Below are positions 27,748-37,120 of a stretch of DNA of 64,000 nucleotides, in pieces. The translations under genes were made by a program, and so were the position numbers. The stretch is from positions 13,587 through 77,586 of the forward strand of contig DATKVB010000009.1 of the NCBI GenBank assembly GCA_035530295.1. The letters run 5' to 3'. The DNA is from a bacterium (GTDB lineage: Bacteria; Spirochaetota; Spirochaetia; Treponematales; UBA12059). The notes beneath the pieces are model-generated. The model was not told where the DNA came from, ran no database searches, and saw nothing but the letters and a program-made list of their open reading frames with translations. Position 1 is the stretch's first letter. Each line of letters starts with the position of its first letter.

Positions 27748-30156
27748 ATGTCATATACAACCGCCGAGCTGCTTGCCCCGGCGGGCAACCCGGAGGCCCT
27801 CGATGCCGCAATCGGCGAAGGCGCCGACGCGGTCTATCTGGGGCTCAAGACCTTCAACGCGCGCATGCGCACGAGCAACTTCGCCTACAGTCAATTCGAG
27901 GCCGCCGTGGAGTCGCTGCACAAGCTGGGCAAACGGCTCTATGTCACCGTAAACACGGTGTTCGAGCAGCGCGAAGCCGACCGGATGTACCAGCTCCTGC
28001 AGTACCTTGAACGCGTGGGGCCCGACGGCATAATTGTCCAGGACTTTGGCGTCGTCAAAATGGCCTACGATAATTTCCCTGGACTCAAGCTGCACGCGTC
28101 AACGCAGATGAACGTCGGTACAGCTGCCGGGGCCAATTTCCTGTCAAAGGCCGGTTTTAAACGAGTCGTGCTGTCACGCGAGCTGTCGCTCGACGAGATG
28201 AAGTCTGTCAGGGCCGAGACCAATGTCGAGCTCGAGACGTTTGTGCATGGCGCCCTGTGCGTCAGCGCGTCCGGCGTATGCCTGTTCTCCAGCTATCTCG
28301 GAGGACGCTCGGCCAATCGTGGCGCATGTACGCAGGCGTGCCGCCGGCTCTTTGCCGACGAGAGCCGGGATGGCTACTTCTTCAGCCCGGACGACCTGCA
28401 GTTGATCGAGAAGGTGCCGGAGCTGGTCGAGGCTGGACTGGATACCTTCAAGATAGAAGGCAGGATGAAGAGTTCCGAGTATGTCGGCACCGTCGTGGCG
28501 GCGTACCGGTACATGCTCGACAACTGGAGATTTGACCGCGAGCGCGCCGCTTCGAAGGCCGCCGCCATGCTCCAGGGCGACTTCGCGAGGCACAAGACGA
28601 CCTTCTGGTTCGAGGGAACCGTAGACCACAACTTCATACGGCCTGACCAGGCTGGCGGCACCGGGCTTGCCCTTGGCAAGGTCAAGGTCGTCCGCGTGTT
28701 CGATGACAAGCGCTGGATGCTGGTGCGCAGCTTTGAAGGGGTCGCCGAGGGCGATTCAATACGCATACACAGCCATGGAGATACCGGCCGGACCACGGCG
28801 CGGGTCCATGGCGTGATGGAGAAGCCAGAGGGGCTGTTCCTGCAGATTGATGGAGAATACGGTCCGGAGGACGAGATATACCTGGTGCAGACCAAGTCCA
28901 TGTCGCGCCGGTACAAGCCCGTGCTGCCGTCGGCCCTGGCCAAGTACCACAAGTTTCCCAGCTGGGATACGGCACCGCGTCCGGAATTTCCGGCTATAGC
29001 AAAGGATAGGCTTGCCGTCCTGCCTGATGGGCTTTATTCAATGGTCAGCCGCGTGCAGGATCTGCATACCATCCTGTCCGACCGGCCCGAGAAGGCCATC
29101 CTCAGGCTGTCAAGGAAGAATGCCGAGTTGCTCCGCCGTCACGAGAAGGAGACGCCGTTCAAGCGCGACAGCCTGATACTGTGGCTGGAACCGTTCTTCC
29201 CGCAGGGAGACGCGGCATGGCTCGCCGAAGAGCTCGACTACTGGACGAGCAAGGGGCAGCGGATCTTCATAGCCAACAATCTTGGGCATCTGGCCATCCT
29301 CAAGGGGCGCGACGTCTCCGTGATTGCCGGGCCGTGGCTCTATGCCTTCAACGCATGGGCTGCCGCGTTCCTGCTTGGCTCCGGAGCGGACTTCATAGTC
29401 CCGCCACTCGAAATTTCAAAGCAGGCGTTTGGCAAGCTGACAGAGACCGTTCCGGCCAAGAGCCTGTTCCCGACGGTGTTCGCGTATCCGCAGTTGTTCA
29501 CGATACGCGCCGACATGGGTGAGCTCTTTGACCTTCGCTTCCTGCGTGACCGTGATGGAGACGAGTACGAGCTTGTCGCCTCGCCCGAGAGCTCAGTCGT
29601 CATCCCGATCAAGCCATTTTCGTTGGTCGACCGCATTCCATACCTGAAGAAGGATGGCGCGACCAAATTCATGCTCGATTTCAGCTTCATCGATCTCAAG
29701 AAGCAGGTGTACAAGCGCGTCATGTCGGCCGCGCGCGACGGTGTTGTGTTGCCCGAGTCGGGGCGCTTTAACTGGAAGGACGGCTTCTGGAACCCCGAGG
29801 AGGAACGGTCGCAGGCTCGGTCGGCAGACTCCGGCGAGCGGACGGCTCCGGCCCCGCGGGGGCCGACGACTGAAGGCAAAGGCGCGGCTCCGGGAACGGC
29901 GGCACGCGTTTCCGGCCGCACCGGCGGGACGGGCCGCCCTGATCGCCCGGGCCGCGGTGGTCATCCGTGGAAGGTAGCGCTGGCCCAGAGGCACGCATCC
30001 GGGGCAGACCGGGCTGCGGCTCCCGTCAGCGGGTCAAAGCCTGTCAGGGGAAAGGCTTCCAGCGGTCCAGGAAGGCAGTCTGACAAGACAAGCGCCAATG
30101 TTCCGGGCCGCAAGTCTGGCCCTTCCAGATCGCCGAAGAAGGGGCGGGACCGCTAG
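27748..30156 (+). CDS. U32-family protein (peptidase U32 / RlhA-TrhP-like) with basic disordered C-terminal tail
   Basis: Start MSYTTAELLAPAGNPEALDAAIGEGADAVYLG is the typical U32 N-terminus, and the U32 core contains EGRMK. The last roughly 120 aa are rich in R, G, P, S and K. Confidence 0.8.
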   Translation: MSYTTAELLAPAGNPEALDAAIGEGADAVYLGLKTFNARMRTSNFAYSQFEAAVESLHKLGKRLYVTVNTVFEQREADRMYQLLQYLERVGPDGIIVQDFGVVKMAYDNFPGLKLHASTQMNVGTAAGANFLSKAGFKRVVLSRELSLDEMKSVRAETNVELETFVHGALCVSASGVCLFSSYLGGRSANRGACTQACRRLFADESRDGYFFSPDDLQLIEKVPELVEAGLDTFKIEGRMKSSEYVGTVVAAYRYMLDNWRFDRERAASKAAAMLQGDFARHKTTFWFEGTVDHNFIRPDQAGGTGLALGKVKVVRVFDDKRWMLVRSFEGVAEGDSIRIHSHGDTGRTTARVHGVMEKPEGLFLQIDGEYGPEDEIYLVQTKSMSRRYKPVLPSALAKYHKFPSWDTAPRPEFPAIAKDRLAVLPDGLYSMVSRVQDLHTILSDRPEKAILRLSRKNAELLRRHEKETPFKRDSLILWLEPFFPQGDAAWLAEELDYWTSKGQRIFIANNLGHLAILKGRDVSVIAGPWLYAFNAWAAAFLLGSGADFIVPPLEISKQAFGKLTETVPAKSLFPTVFAYPQLFTIRADMGELFDLRFLRDRDGDEYELVASPESSVVIPIKPFSLVDRIPYLKKDGATKFMLDFSFIDLKKQVYKRVMSAARDGVVLPESGRFNWKDGFWNPEEERSQARSADSGERTAPAPRGPTTEGKGAAPGTAARVSGRTGGTGRPDRPGRGGHPWKVALAQRHASGADRAAAPVSGSKPVRGKASSGPGRQSDKTSANVPGRKSGPSRSPKKGRDR

Positions 30157-30163
30157 CCCGGAT

Positions 30164-31222
30164 TCAGGTATGGTTCTGGCCTGATCTCTTTTCGAAGAAG
30201 TCGAGTATCCTGGACCAAACCCTGTCACGCTGGCTGTCGTACGCGAGCAGATTATGCTGCTTGTGCCTGAACTGATCCATATTGGCTGTGTACGCCTCTA
30301 TGACGTTTGACCCCACTTGGCTCATCAGTATGCCCGCGTTGCGAAAATCGACCATGCGGTCGCCGCGAGCGTGGCATACCAGGATGGGGCAGGTGACCTG
30401 TGGCAGCCTTCGCTCCACGGCGCGCATGCCAACCTGCAACGTGTAGCTTTGCCTCGTGTATGTCCCGAGATAGCCCTTCCAGTCGCTGTCGCCATCCTCG
30501 CCAACTCTATCCGGATCGGGAAAGGCTGCCCCGATGGAGGGCATGATCCGCCCAAGGAAGCGCGCCGCATAGAGAAGCGGACTCTTCATTATGCCATGGC
30601 GTGTCCACGCGTTTAGAATGATCGGCGCCGCCACGGTGGACATGGCCAGAGGCGCTCGTGCCGGATCGGCGCATGTCGCTTCGGCAAGCGCCAGAACGAG
30701 CGCGCCACCCATCGAAATGCCTACAAGGCAAGCCTCGTCGTACTGTGGCCTCAGCCTGTTCCATGTATCGGTGACCGCCGCCAGATATTGGCTCCACTCG
30801 GTTGCCAGGATGTCCTTTGGCTCGGTGCCGCAGCCCGGCAGGAGGGGCGCCGCCACATCCCAGCCTCGGGCGTCGGAGACGGCCAGTATTTTCCTGAAGT
30901 CGGCTGGCGTCGATGGAAAGCCATGGACGCACAGTATCAGCCGCCGGTGTCGGCCGGCTGGTTCTATTGGCAGCGACTCAGGCCATCGAACCTTCTCTGG
31001 CGATGGCAACGTATATACCGGTCGAGCCTTGAAGAGAAATGGCGTTGTGTTCCAGAGTCCGAATGCCAGCGCAAGAATCACCAGCCCCATCGAAATCCAC
31101 AATGCTTCGGTACCGAAGCTTGCCAGCGCCAGACCTATGGCAATGCCCACCAATGTCATCACGGCCGTACGCGCCAGACGCGCGCGTTTGGCGCGCGATA
31201 TTCGTGTCTCGATCGTATCCAT
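30164..31222 (-). CDS. alpha/beta hydrolase (esterase/lipase-like) with N-terminal TM helices
   Basis: Start MDTIETR at 31222. Contains HGFPSTP and the nucleophile elbow GISMGG. The track's N-terminal extension is rejected. Confidence 0.7.
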   Translation of the reverse strand: MDTIETRISRAKRARLARTAVMTLVGIAIGLALASFGTEALWISMGLVILALAFGLWNTTPFLFKARPVYTLPSPEKVRWPESLPIEPAGRHRRLILCVHGFPSTPADFRKILAVSDARGWDVAAPLLPGCGTEPKDILATEWSQYLAAVTDTWNRLRPQYDEACLVGISMGGALVLALAEATCADPARAPLAMSTVAAPIILNAWTRHGIMKSPLLYAARFLGRIMPSIGAAFPDPDRVGEDGDSDWKGYLGTYTRQSYTLQVGMRAVERRLPQVTCPILVCHARGDRMVDFRNAGILMSQVGSNVIEAYTANMDQFRHKQHNLLAYDSQRDRVWSRILDFFEKRSGQNHT

Positions 31223-31322
31223 CGCGTCAGTATACCAGCGGGACGCGGCTCTGGTCAAAACCGCGCTTGCATGTATACTATAAGCATAGAATGTCCGTGA
31301 TAGTCCGTGTATTGGAGCGATC

Positions 31323-32099
31323 ATGATAGAAGACAAGGAAGCTGGCGGAGTGGTTCTGTTCGATGATGGAGACCATCGCTTCATTTGGCTTGGCGCAGAT
31401 GCCCACAGCAAGAAGGGCGTCGTGCAGACGATGCAGTATCTGATCATCGACAAGGGAAGAGGCGTTCTGCTTGATCCGGGTGGAGTGCACCTGTTCCCCC
31501 GTGTCGTCGCCGCGGTGAGCCGTTACATATCGCTTGATCGCATCGACGGCATCTTCTTTTCGCATCAGGATCCCGACGTCTCCAGTGGCATTGCGCTGTG
31601 GCTCGGTGTTACTTCGGCCAAGATCTATATCGCCGAGCTGTGGATGCGATTCATACCGCATTTTGGCATTGTGGACCAGTCGCGCATCATCTCGGTGGAG
31701 AGCGCGGGCAAGTCGCTGCGGCTTGGCTCAGGCAGCGAGTTGATGTTCGTACCCACGCACTATATGCACTCACCCGCGGCTTTTTCGCTGTTTGACAAGC
31801 ATGCGGGCATACTGTTTACCGGTGATGTCGGCGGCGCAGTATTCGCCGATGGAGAAGAAGTCCTGTATGCCGATGACTTCCAGCGCCACATCAAGAACAT
31901 CGAGGGATTTCACAAGCGGCTGATGGTCTCCAACATCGTTACCAAGCGCTGGGTGGAAAACGTTCGCAGGCTGGCGCCGACGATCATCGCGCCACAGCAT
32001 GGCGCCGTATATAGGGGCGCCTCGGTCGGTGCCTTCCTGGACTGGTTGTCGACACTGCGCTGCGGCATCGATGATCTTGATGCCCTGTACAGGATGTGA
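31323..32099 (+). CDS. flavodiiron-type metallo-beta-lactamase-fold di-iron protein without flavodoxin domain (ODP-like)
   Basis: 258 aa. Candidate ligands are H81-x-D83-x-D85, H146/H149, D168 and H226, spaced as in the flavodiiron HxExDH...H...D...H pattern. The next gene is a soluble MCP. Confidence 0.7.
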   Translation: MIEDKEAGGVVLFDDGDHRFIWLGADAHSKKGVVQTMQYLIIDKGRGVLLDPGGVHLFPRVVAAVSRYISLDRIDGIFFSHQDPDVSSGIALWLGVTSAKIYIAELWMRFIPHFGIVDQSRIISVESAGKSLRLGSGSELMFVPTHYMHSPAAFSLFDKHAGILFTGDVGGAVFADGEEVLYADDFQRHIKNIEGFHKRLMVSNIVTKRWVENVRRLAPTIIAPQHGAVYRGASVGAFLDWLSTLRCGIDDLDALYRM

Positions 32100-33016
32100 G
32101 CGCCATGGAAACACCCGCTACCGAGCCTGGTATCGATCATGCAACCTCCGATGCCTGTGACAGGCGCATAGCTGAACTGGAAGGCAACTTTGGCGAGGCC
32201 ATAGACCGCTGCGTCGTCGGCTACAACAAGGGCGTTGTCCTTTCATCGGTGACGCGCCACTCGCTGGAAATTCTCGATGACTCGATGAGCCACATCGAAT
32301 CGGGGCTTACAACCATCGTCGCGGCCTTCGAGGAGATACGCGCCACCAGCGGTTCAACCTCGTCCAATGCGGAACGCATCGAATCGATGATGGCCGAGGT
32401 GCTTGGCAGCAACGACGGGCTCAACGCCGGTATTGCGGAGCGCATGCAGGATGTCGAGCGAGGCGTCGCGATAGCCAGGGACCTTGGCGCCAAATTCACG
32501 GGGCTCAAGGAGAAGACCACCGGCGTGGCCAGCATCACCGGCTCAATTCAGGACGTATCGGACAGGACCAACATACTCGCCATCAACGCGTCGATAGAGG
32601 CCGCGCGGGCCGGTACGGTTGGCCGTGGTTTCAGGATCATAGCCAATGAGGTGCGGACGCTCGCGGGACAGACCAGCGACTTTGCCAAGCAGATCGAGTC
32701 AAGCATCGGAGAACTGTCAGGAGCGGTCGGCGCGATTGCCGGCAGGATGGACGAGTTCGTAGAGCTGTTCACGCGGTTTCGCGAATCATTCTCCGAGGTG
32801 CAGGCGACATCGGCGGAGAACGCGTCCAGCATGAAAAACGCTGGACAGTTCCTGGCGCAGATCGCCGGTGCGATCAAGGAAGAAACTCAGGCTCTTGGTG
32901 ACGGCCTCCATTCGCTTGAGGCCATCTCCGCGAATGCCAAGGATACGCACGCGGTCTTTGGCGCGTTGCGCTCCAGCCATGATTTCCTGGACACGCTACT
33001 CGACAAGAAGTCCTGA
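32096..33016 (+). CDS. soluble methyl-accepting chemotaxis protein (signalling domain only)
   Basis: Contains the MCP hairpin-tip motif SDRTNILAINASIEAARAGTVGRGFRIIANEVRTLA. No TM segment is apparent. GTG at 32096 overlaps the upstream stop; an alternative ATG is at 32105. Confidence 0.85.
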   Translation: MSAMETPATEPGIDHATSDACDRRIAELEGNFGEAIDRCVVGYNKGVVLSSVTRHSLEILDDSMSHIESGLTTIVAAFEEIRATSGSTSSNAERIESMMAEVLGSNDGLNAGIAERMQDVERGVAIARDLGAKFTGLKEKTTGVASITGSIQDVSDRTNILAINASIEAARAGTVGRGFRIIANEVRTLAGQTSDFAKQIESSIGELSGAVGAIAGRMDEFVELFTRFRESFSEVQATSAENASSMKNAGQFLAQIAGAIKEETQALGDGLHSLEAISANAKDTHAVFGALRSSHDFLDTLLDKKS

Positions 33017-34023
33017 TGGCGGGTCCCGGGCGGTTGCGCGCCGTCATTACCGATGACCGCTTTGGTTCGGTCGATGAAGAGCGGGCAGTCCTTGAGCCTC
33101 TTGGCGTCGAGCTTGTCGTCGCAGCCTGTGTAACATCAAGTGATGTAGCACGCGCCTGCGCCGGTGCCGACGCGGTGCTCGCCAACCTGGCGCCCATAGA
33201 CGCGAGCGCCGTGGTCTCAATGAAGCGGTGCCGCGTCGTGTCGCGGTATGGCGTGGGCCTGGACTCCGTTGATGTCGCCGCCTGTGCCGCCCGTGGCATA
33301 ATCGTCGCCAACGTGCCTGGATATTGCGACGGAGAGGTCGCCGAGCACGCGCTTGGCCTCCTGTTGTCGCTGACACGCGGCATACCCGAACGTGACGGCG
33401 CCGTGCGCTCCGGTTCGTGGAACCTGGCTACTCCCCAGTATTCAATTCGTGGCTCGACGATAGGCATAGCCGGGTTTGGCGGCTCGGGAAAAGCCTTCGC
33501 CCGCGCGGTGCTTGGCCTCGGCCCCGCCCGCGTGCTGCTGTGGAGCCCCAACATCGACCAGGCGCGGATACACGAAGCCCTGGGGCCTGCCGCCGAGAGT
33601 CTTGGCGTGCCTGCTATAGCGGTACCCTTCGACGAGCTGTTGGCGGAATCCGATGCCATATCGCTGCACCTGCGACTGGCGCCAACATCTGCCGGTATTT
33701 TTGGATCACAGGCCTTTGCGGCGATGAAGCGTGGGGCGTTCTTCGTCAACACGGCCCGCGGAGGGCTGGTCGATACGGTCGCGCTCGCGGCGGCGCTCCG
33801 ATCGGGGCACCTGTCCGGGGCTGGCCTCGATGTGCTTGATACAGAACCACCTCCGCCCGATCATCCGCTCCTGGCCGCGCCCAATGTCATCCTGACCGAT
33901 CATTGCGCGTACCGATCGACCCGCTCGGTGACCGAGCTCAAGCGCCGCTGTGCCGAGAATGCCGCTCGTGCTCTCGGGTTGCTGCCATCTGTCGCATCGC
34001 TTGTACTGCCTCGCGCGCCCTGA
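33016..34023 (+). CDS. D-isomer-specific 2-hydroxyacid dehydrogenase family protein
   Basis: Contains GIAGFGGSGKA (NAD fold), FVNTARGGLVD, GAGLDVLDTEPP and LTDHCA. The ATG overlaps the MCP stop. Confidence 0.85.
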   Translation: MAGPGRLRAVITDDRFGSVDEERAVLEPLGVELVVAACVTSSDVARACAGADAVLANLAPIDASAVVSMKRCRVVSRYGVGLDSVDVAACAARGIIVANVPGYCDGEVAEHALGLLLSLTRGIPERDGAVRSGSWNLATPQYSIRGSTIGIAGFGGSGKAFARAVLGLGPARVLLWSPNIDQARIHEALGPAAESLGVPAIAVPFDELLAESDAISLHLRLAPTSAGIFGSQAFAAMKRGAFFVNTARGGLVDTVALAAALRSGHLSGAGLDVLDTEPPPPDHPLLAAPNVILTDHCAYRSTRSVTELKRRCAENAARALGLLPSVASLVLPRAP

Positions 34024-34035
34024 TATTCTAGAGCG

Positions 34036-34785
34036 GTGAAGAATACCCAACGCCGAGAGCTCGCCGTGTGCGGGCTGGAAACCGTTCGCGCTCTCGTTGC
34101 CGTCCGGCCCGATGCCGTGCGGCGTTTCTTTTATACCGAGGATCGCGCGCGCGAGTTCGGCTCGCTCTGTTCGAGGCTGGCAGCGCTCAAGCGCCCATAC
34201 CGCCTGGTTGCCCCGGCGGAACTGGAACGGCTCTCGGGCACCGCTCACCACCAGGGCCTGGTCGCGATGATGGACGACGCGCCGCCTCCGCAGGTGACAG
34301 ACGCGTTGGTCGATCAGTGGGTGGCGGTCAAGGCCCGCGTCGTCGTCCTTGACCGCGTAGGAGATGACCACAACCTTGGCTCCATAGCGCGGTCGGCGGC
34401 TTTCTTCGGGTGGCAAGCCCTGGTCATCGGGCGCGATGATGGCGGCGCCAGACTCACGACAAGCGCATATCGCGTGGCCCGTGGGGCTCTGGAACGCATT
34501 CCCGTGTACACTGATGAATCGGCCGCGCGTTTTGTAAGCAGATGCGGCCGTCGCATCATGACGATAGGAGCGGACCACCGGGCTTCGCGCTCCATCAGGA
34601 AGAGCGCGGTGCCGGATGGCGCGGTGGCCTTGGTGCTGGGCAACGAGGAGACGGGATTATCCTCCGATGTCCGCGCGTCCTGCGCCGAGCTTGTCAGGAT
34701 CGACGGCGCGGGTACGGTCGAGAGCATGAATGTCTCACAGGCAGCCGCCGTGTTCCTGTACGAGCTGGCGCCGATAGGACGATGA
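34036..34785 (+). CDS. TrmH/SpoU-family RNA 2'-O-methyltransferase
   Basis: SpoU motifs GDDHNLGSIARSAAFFG, VLGNEETGLS and ESMNVSQAAAVFLYEL. GTG start. Confidence 0.8.
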   Translation: MKNTQRRELAVCGLETVRALVAVRPDAVRRFFYTEDRAREFGSLCSRLAALKRPYRLVAPAELERLSGTAHHQGLVAMMDDAPPPQVTDALVDQWVAVKARVVVLDRVGDDHNLGSIARSAAFFGWQALVIGRDDGGARLTTSAYRVARGALERIPVYTDESAARFVSRCGRRIMTIGADHRASRSIRKSAVPDGAVALVLGNEETGLSSDVRASCAELVRIDGAGTVESMNVSQAAAVFLYELAPIGR

Positions 34786-35261
34786 ACGGCTCCAGTCGAT
34801 CCACGCGATCTTCGCGATCTTCGCGATCTTCGCGATCCCGCGTCCGCGTGACCAGGCTGATGCTTGATACCAATATTTTCGACGCCCTTGCCGCTGACCC
34901 TGAAGCCGTGGCAGAGCTCGAGAACCGACGGGATCTGCGGCTCGTCGTTTCGGAGGTACAACTCAGGCAACTGGCGGCTATCCCCGATGTGGAGCGGAGC
35001 TCGCTATACCTGGAACTGGCGAAGCGGTTGTGCGGTACCGTTTCGGCGTTTCTGGCAAGAAAGCCGGATATACCCAGCGTCGCCGATACTGCCGACCATG
35101 ATCGCCATGAACCTGACCGCATGATAGCCGCGGCCGCTCGGTCGCGTTGCGATATGCTGATAACAAATGACCGGGGCTTGCTCGAATACGCCAGGCAGGC
35201 TTCTATCGTGGCCATGGACTGGAAGACGTTCCTGCGGTGTATCCTCTTCCATACCGGTTGA
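34782..35261 (+). CDS. PIN-domain (VapC-like) protein
   Basis: PIN pattern MLDTNIF ... SEVQL ... DRMIAAAA ... LITNDRGL. ATG at 34782 overlaps the trmH-family stop (ATGA). An alternative start at 34860 (MLDTNIF) would exclude the Ser/Arg repeat. Confidence 0.55.
   Translation: MNGSSRSTRSSRSSRSSRSRVRVTRLMLDTNIFDALAADPEAVAELENRRDLRLVVSEVQLRQLAAIPDVERSSLYLELAKRLCGTVSAFLARKPDIPSVADTADHDRHEPDRMIAAAARSRCDMLITNDRGLLEYARQASIVAMDWKTFLRCILFHTG
34804..34838. repeat. 9-bp tandem repeat (CGCGATCTT, about 3.8 copies)
   Basis: Read directly as cgcgatctt cgcgatctt cgcgatctt cgcgatcc. It encodes SRS repeats in the long form of the PIN ORF. Confidence 0.9.
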
Positions 35262-35302
35262 TCAGTGTTGACAAGAGTATCTGAACAGGAGCATCTACCA
35301 GC

Positions 35303-37120
35303 ATGCGTTTGACGACCAGACTGCTCATTCTGATGTTTCTAAGCGTCCTTGTGCCCTTGGTCGGGCTGTCATGGTTCCTCAAGCAAGAGATTACCGAGAA
35401 TATCCTCAAGGAGAAACGTGACAAGCTGTTTGGCCTGGCCAGGCAGCTTGACGGCGCCCTTGAAGGGACCTTTGACGATATACTTCTCAAGGAACACGCC
35501 AGCGCGTCTGATCGTGACACAAAGATAGCAATCCTGAATTCAAAGCTGCGTGGCATAACCGACTTTGTCGCTTCGGGCAATGATGGCGTCGGAGTTGGCT
35601 ACTACAGCAAGGATCTGGACGCGGTGCTGACCTATGGCCCAAGCGACCAATTCCAGTACATGGTTGGCCGTTCGATATTCGTGGGGCACAAGGGTTACGA
35701 GGTGATGGCGACGGGCAAGCCCATGGTGCAGACCGGCTCGCTTGTCCGCGGCGACATCCTCAATTGCATGTGGCCAATCAATCGCGACGGCCAGACGATA
35801 GGCTATATTTGGTCGAACGAGACGCTCGATATGATTGGCCAGCAGCTGGAGCCGATCATCCGTCGTGTCTTCGTAATACTGGCCATCATCTTCTTCCTGA
35901 TATACCTCAGCCTGACTGTCACGATGAAGGGACTGCTCGATACGGTAACATCGATCAGGAAGGGCATCGAGGTGCTGTTCCACACGCCGACATACCATAT
36001 TCCCCAGGTTCCGGGTGAGCTTTCCGCCATTGTCACCACGATCAACGATCTGGTCGATACGACCAACTTGATGAAGTGCTACAACAAGAACATCCTGGAA
36101 AGCGTCACGAACGGAGTGTTGGCCATATCGTCACCGGGCATCATCACCAGGGCCAACAAGGCATTCTTCGAGATGTTCCCCGGATTCACCGAGTCGTCAA
36201 TCGACCAGCCCTACCGCGATGTGCTTGAACCGGAGGTCGCGGCCCTGGTCAGCGCGGGCCTCGATGGAGATGGGCAGGCGGGGGGAGAGCTATCGTTCCG
36301 CGGTTCCACACTCGAGGTTCACGGCAGCGCCATGTACGACGAGGCCGGGGCCAGGCTGGGCGCGGTCTTCGTGTTCAGGGACATAACGGTGATGCGGCGC
36401 TACGAGCGCGAGATCCAGGAGAAGGAACGCGCGGCGATGCTGGGCGAAATGGCGCTGGCAGTGGTCCACGAGGTCAAGAACCCGATGACATCGGTGAAGG
36501 GCTTTACGCAGCTCCTGGGTCGGCCGGATGTCGACGAGTTGAAGCGAGCAAAGTATCTCCATCTGATCGATGATGAGCTTAACCGGGTCAACCGGCTGCT
36601 CAACGAGATGCTCGTGTACGGTGGCAGGAGCCGGCTTGATCCGCGGCGCTGCGATATAGCGGCCCTGGTGCGCGAGGCAGTGGAACGCAACGACTGGACA
36701 CAGGGAGGCGCGCTCGAGGAATGCCGTCCGCTTGTTCGCGCCATTCCGGATGGCGACTATGCCGCGGAGGTTGACGCATTCAAGCTGGGGCAGGTGCTGG
36801 ACAATCTGTTGAAGAACGCCTGTGATGCCGTCGCGGCCAAGGGGCGGGGTCGCATAGTCGTGCTGATCCAGGACCTTGGCCAGGCGGTTGCCGTGCGCAT
36901 AGTCGACTCCGGCATCGGCATAGAGCCAGAGGTGCTGCCCAGAATTGGCAACCCGCTTTTTTCCACAAAAAAGACAGGCAATGGCTTTGGCATTGCCATA
37001 TCCAGGAAAATAGTCGAGGCGCACGGTGGTAGTCTGTTCATAGACTCGGTGGCCGGCGTCTACACCAAGCTGAGCATCTTCTTGCCCAGGGGACAGAAAC
37101 AGAAGAGGGAGGAAGCATGA
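35303..37120 (+). CDS. sensor histidine kinase (AtoS/NtrB-like)
   Basis: N-terminal TM segment and sensing region, with a PAS-like segment. H-box HEVKNPMTSVKGF, N-box LLKNACDA, and G-boxes DSGIGI and GNGFGI. Confidence 0.85.
   Translation: MRLTTRLLILMFLSVLVPLVGLSWFLKQEITENILKEKRDKLFGLARQLDGALEGTFDDILLKEHASASDRDTKIAILNSKLRGITDFVASGNDGVGVGYYSKDLDAVLTYGPSDQFQYMVGRSIFVGHKGYEVMATGKPMVQTGSLVRGDILNCMWPINRDGQTIGYIWSNETLDMIGQQLEPIIRRVFVILAIIFFLIYLSLTVTMKGLLDTVTSIRKGIEVLFHTPTYHIPQVPGELSAIVTTINDLVDTTNLMKCYNKNILESVTNGVLAISSPGIITRANKAFFEMFPGFTESSIDQPYRDVLEPEVAALVSAGLDGDGQAGGELSFRGSTLEVHGSAMYDEAGARLGAVFVFRDITVMRRYEREIQEKERAAMLGEMALAVVHEVKNPMTSVKGFTQLLGRPDVDELKRAKYLHLIDDELNRVNRLLNEMLVYGGRSRLDPRRCDIAALVREAVERNDWTQGGALEECRPLVRAIPDGDYAAEVDAFKLGQVLDNLLKNACDAVAAKGRGRIVVLIQDLGQAVAVRIVDSGIGIEPEVLPRIGNPLFSTKKTGNGFGIAISRKIVEAHGGSLFIDSVAGVYTKLSIFLPRGQKQKREEA

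Noticed and set aside
32874-34578. Minus-strand ORFs of 292 aa and 290 aa antisense to the dehydrogenase and TrmH-family genes
   Set aside because: The translations are low complexity (Arg/Ala/Ser/Pro-rich), whereas the sense strand has strong NAD-binding and SpoU motifs.
34804-34838. Possible CRISPR-like or phase-variable frameshift repeat
   Set aside because: The unit is only 9 bp with no spacers, so it is not a CRISPR array. A unit length that is a multiple of three cannot shift the frame. I kept it as a simple tandem repeat.
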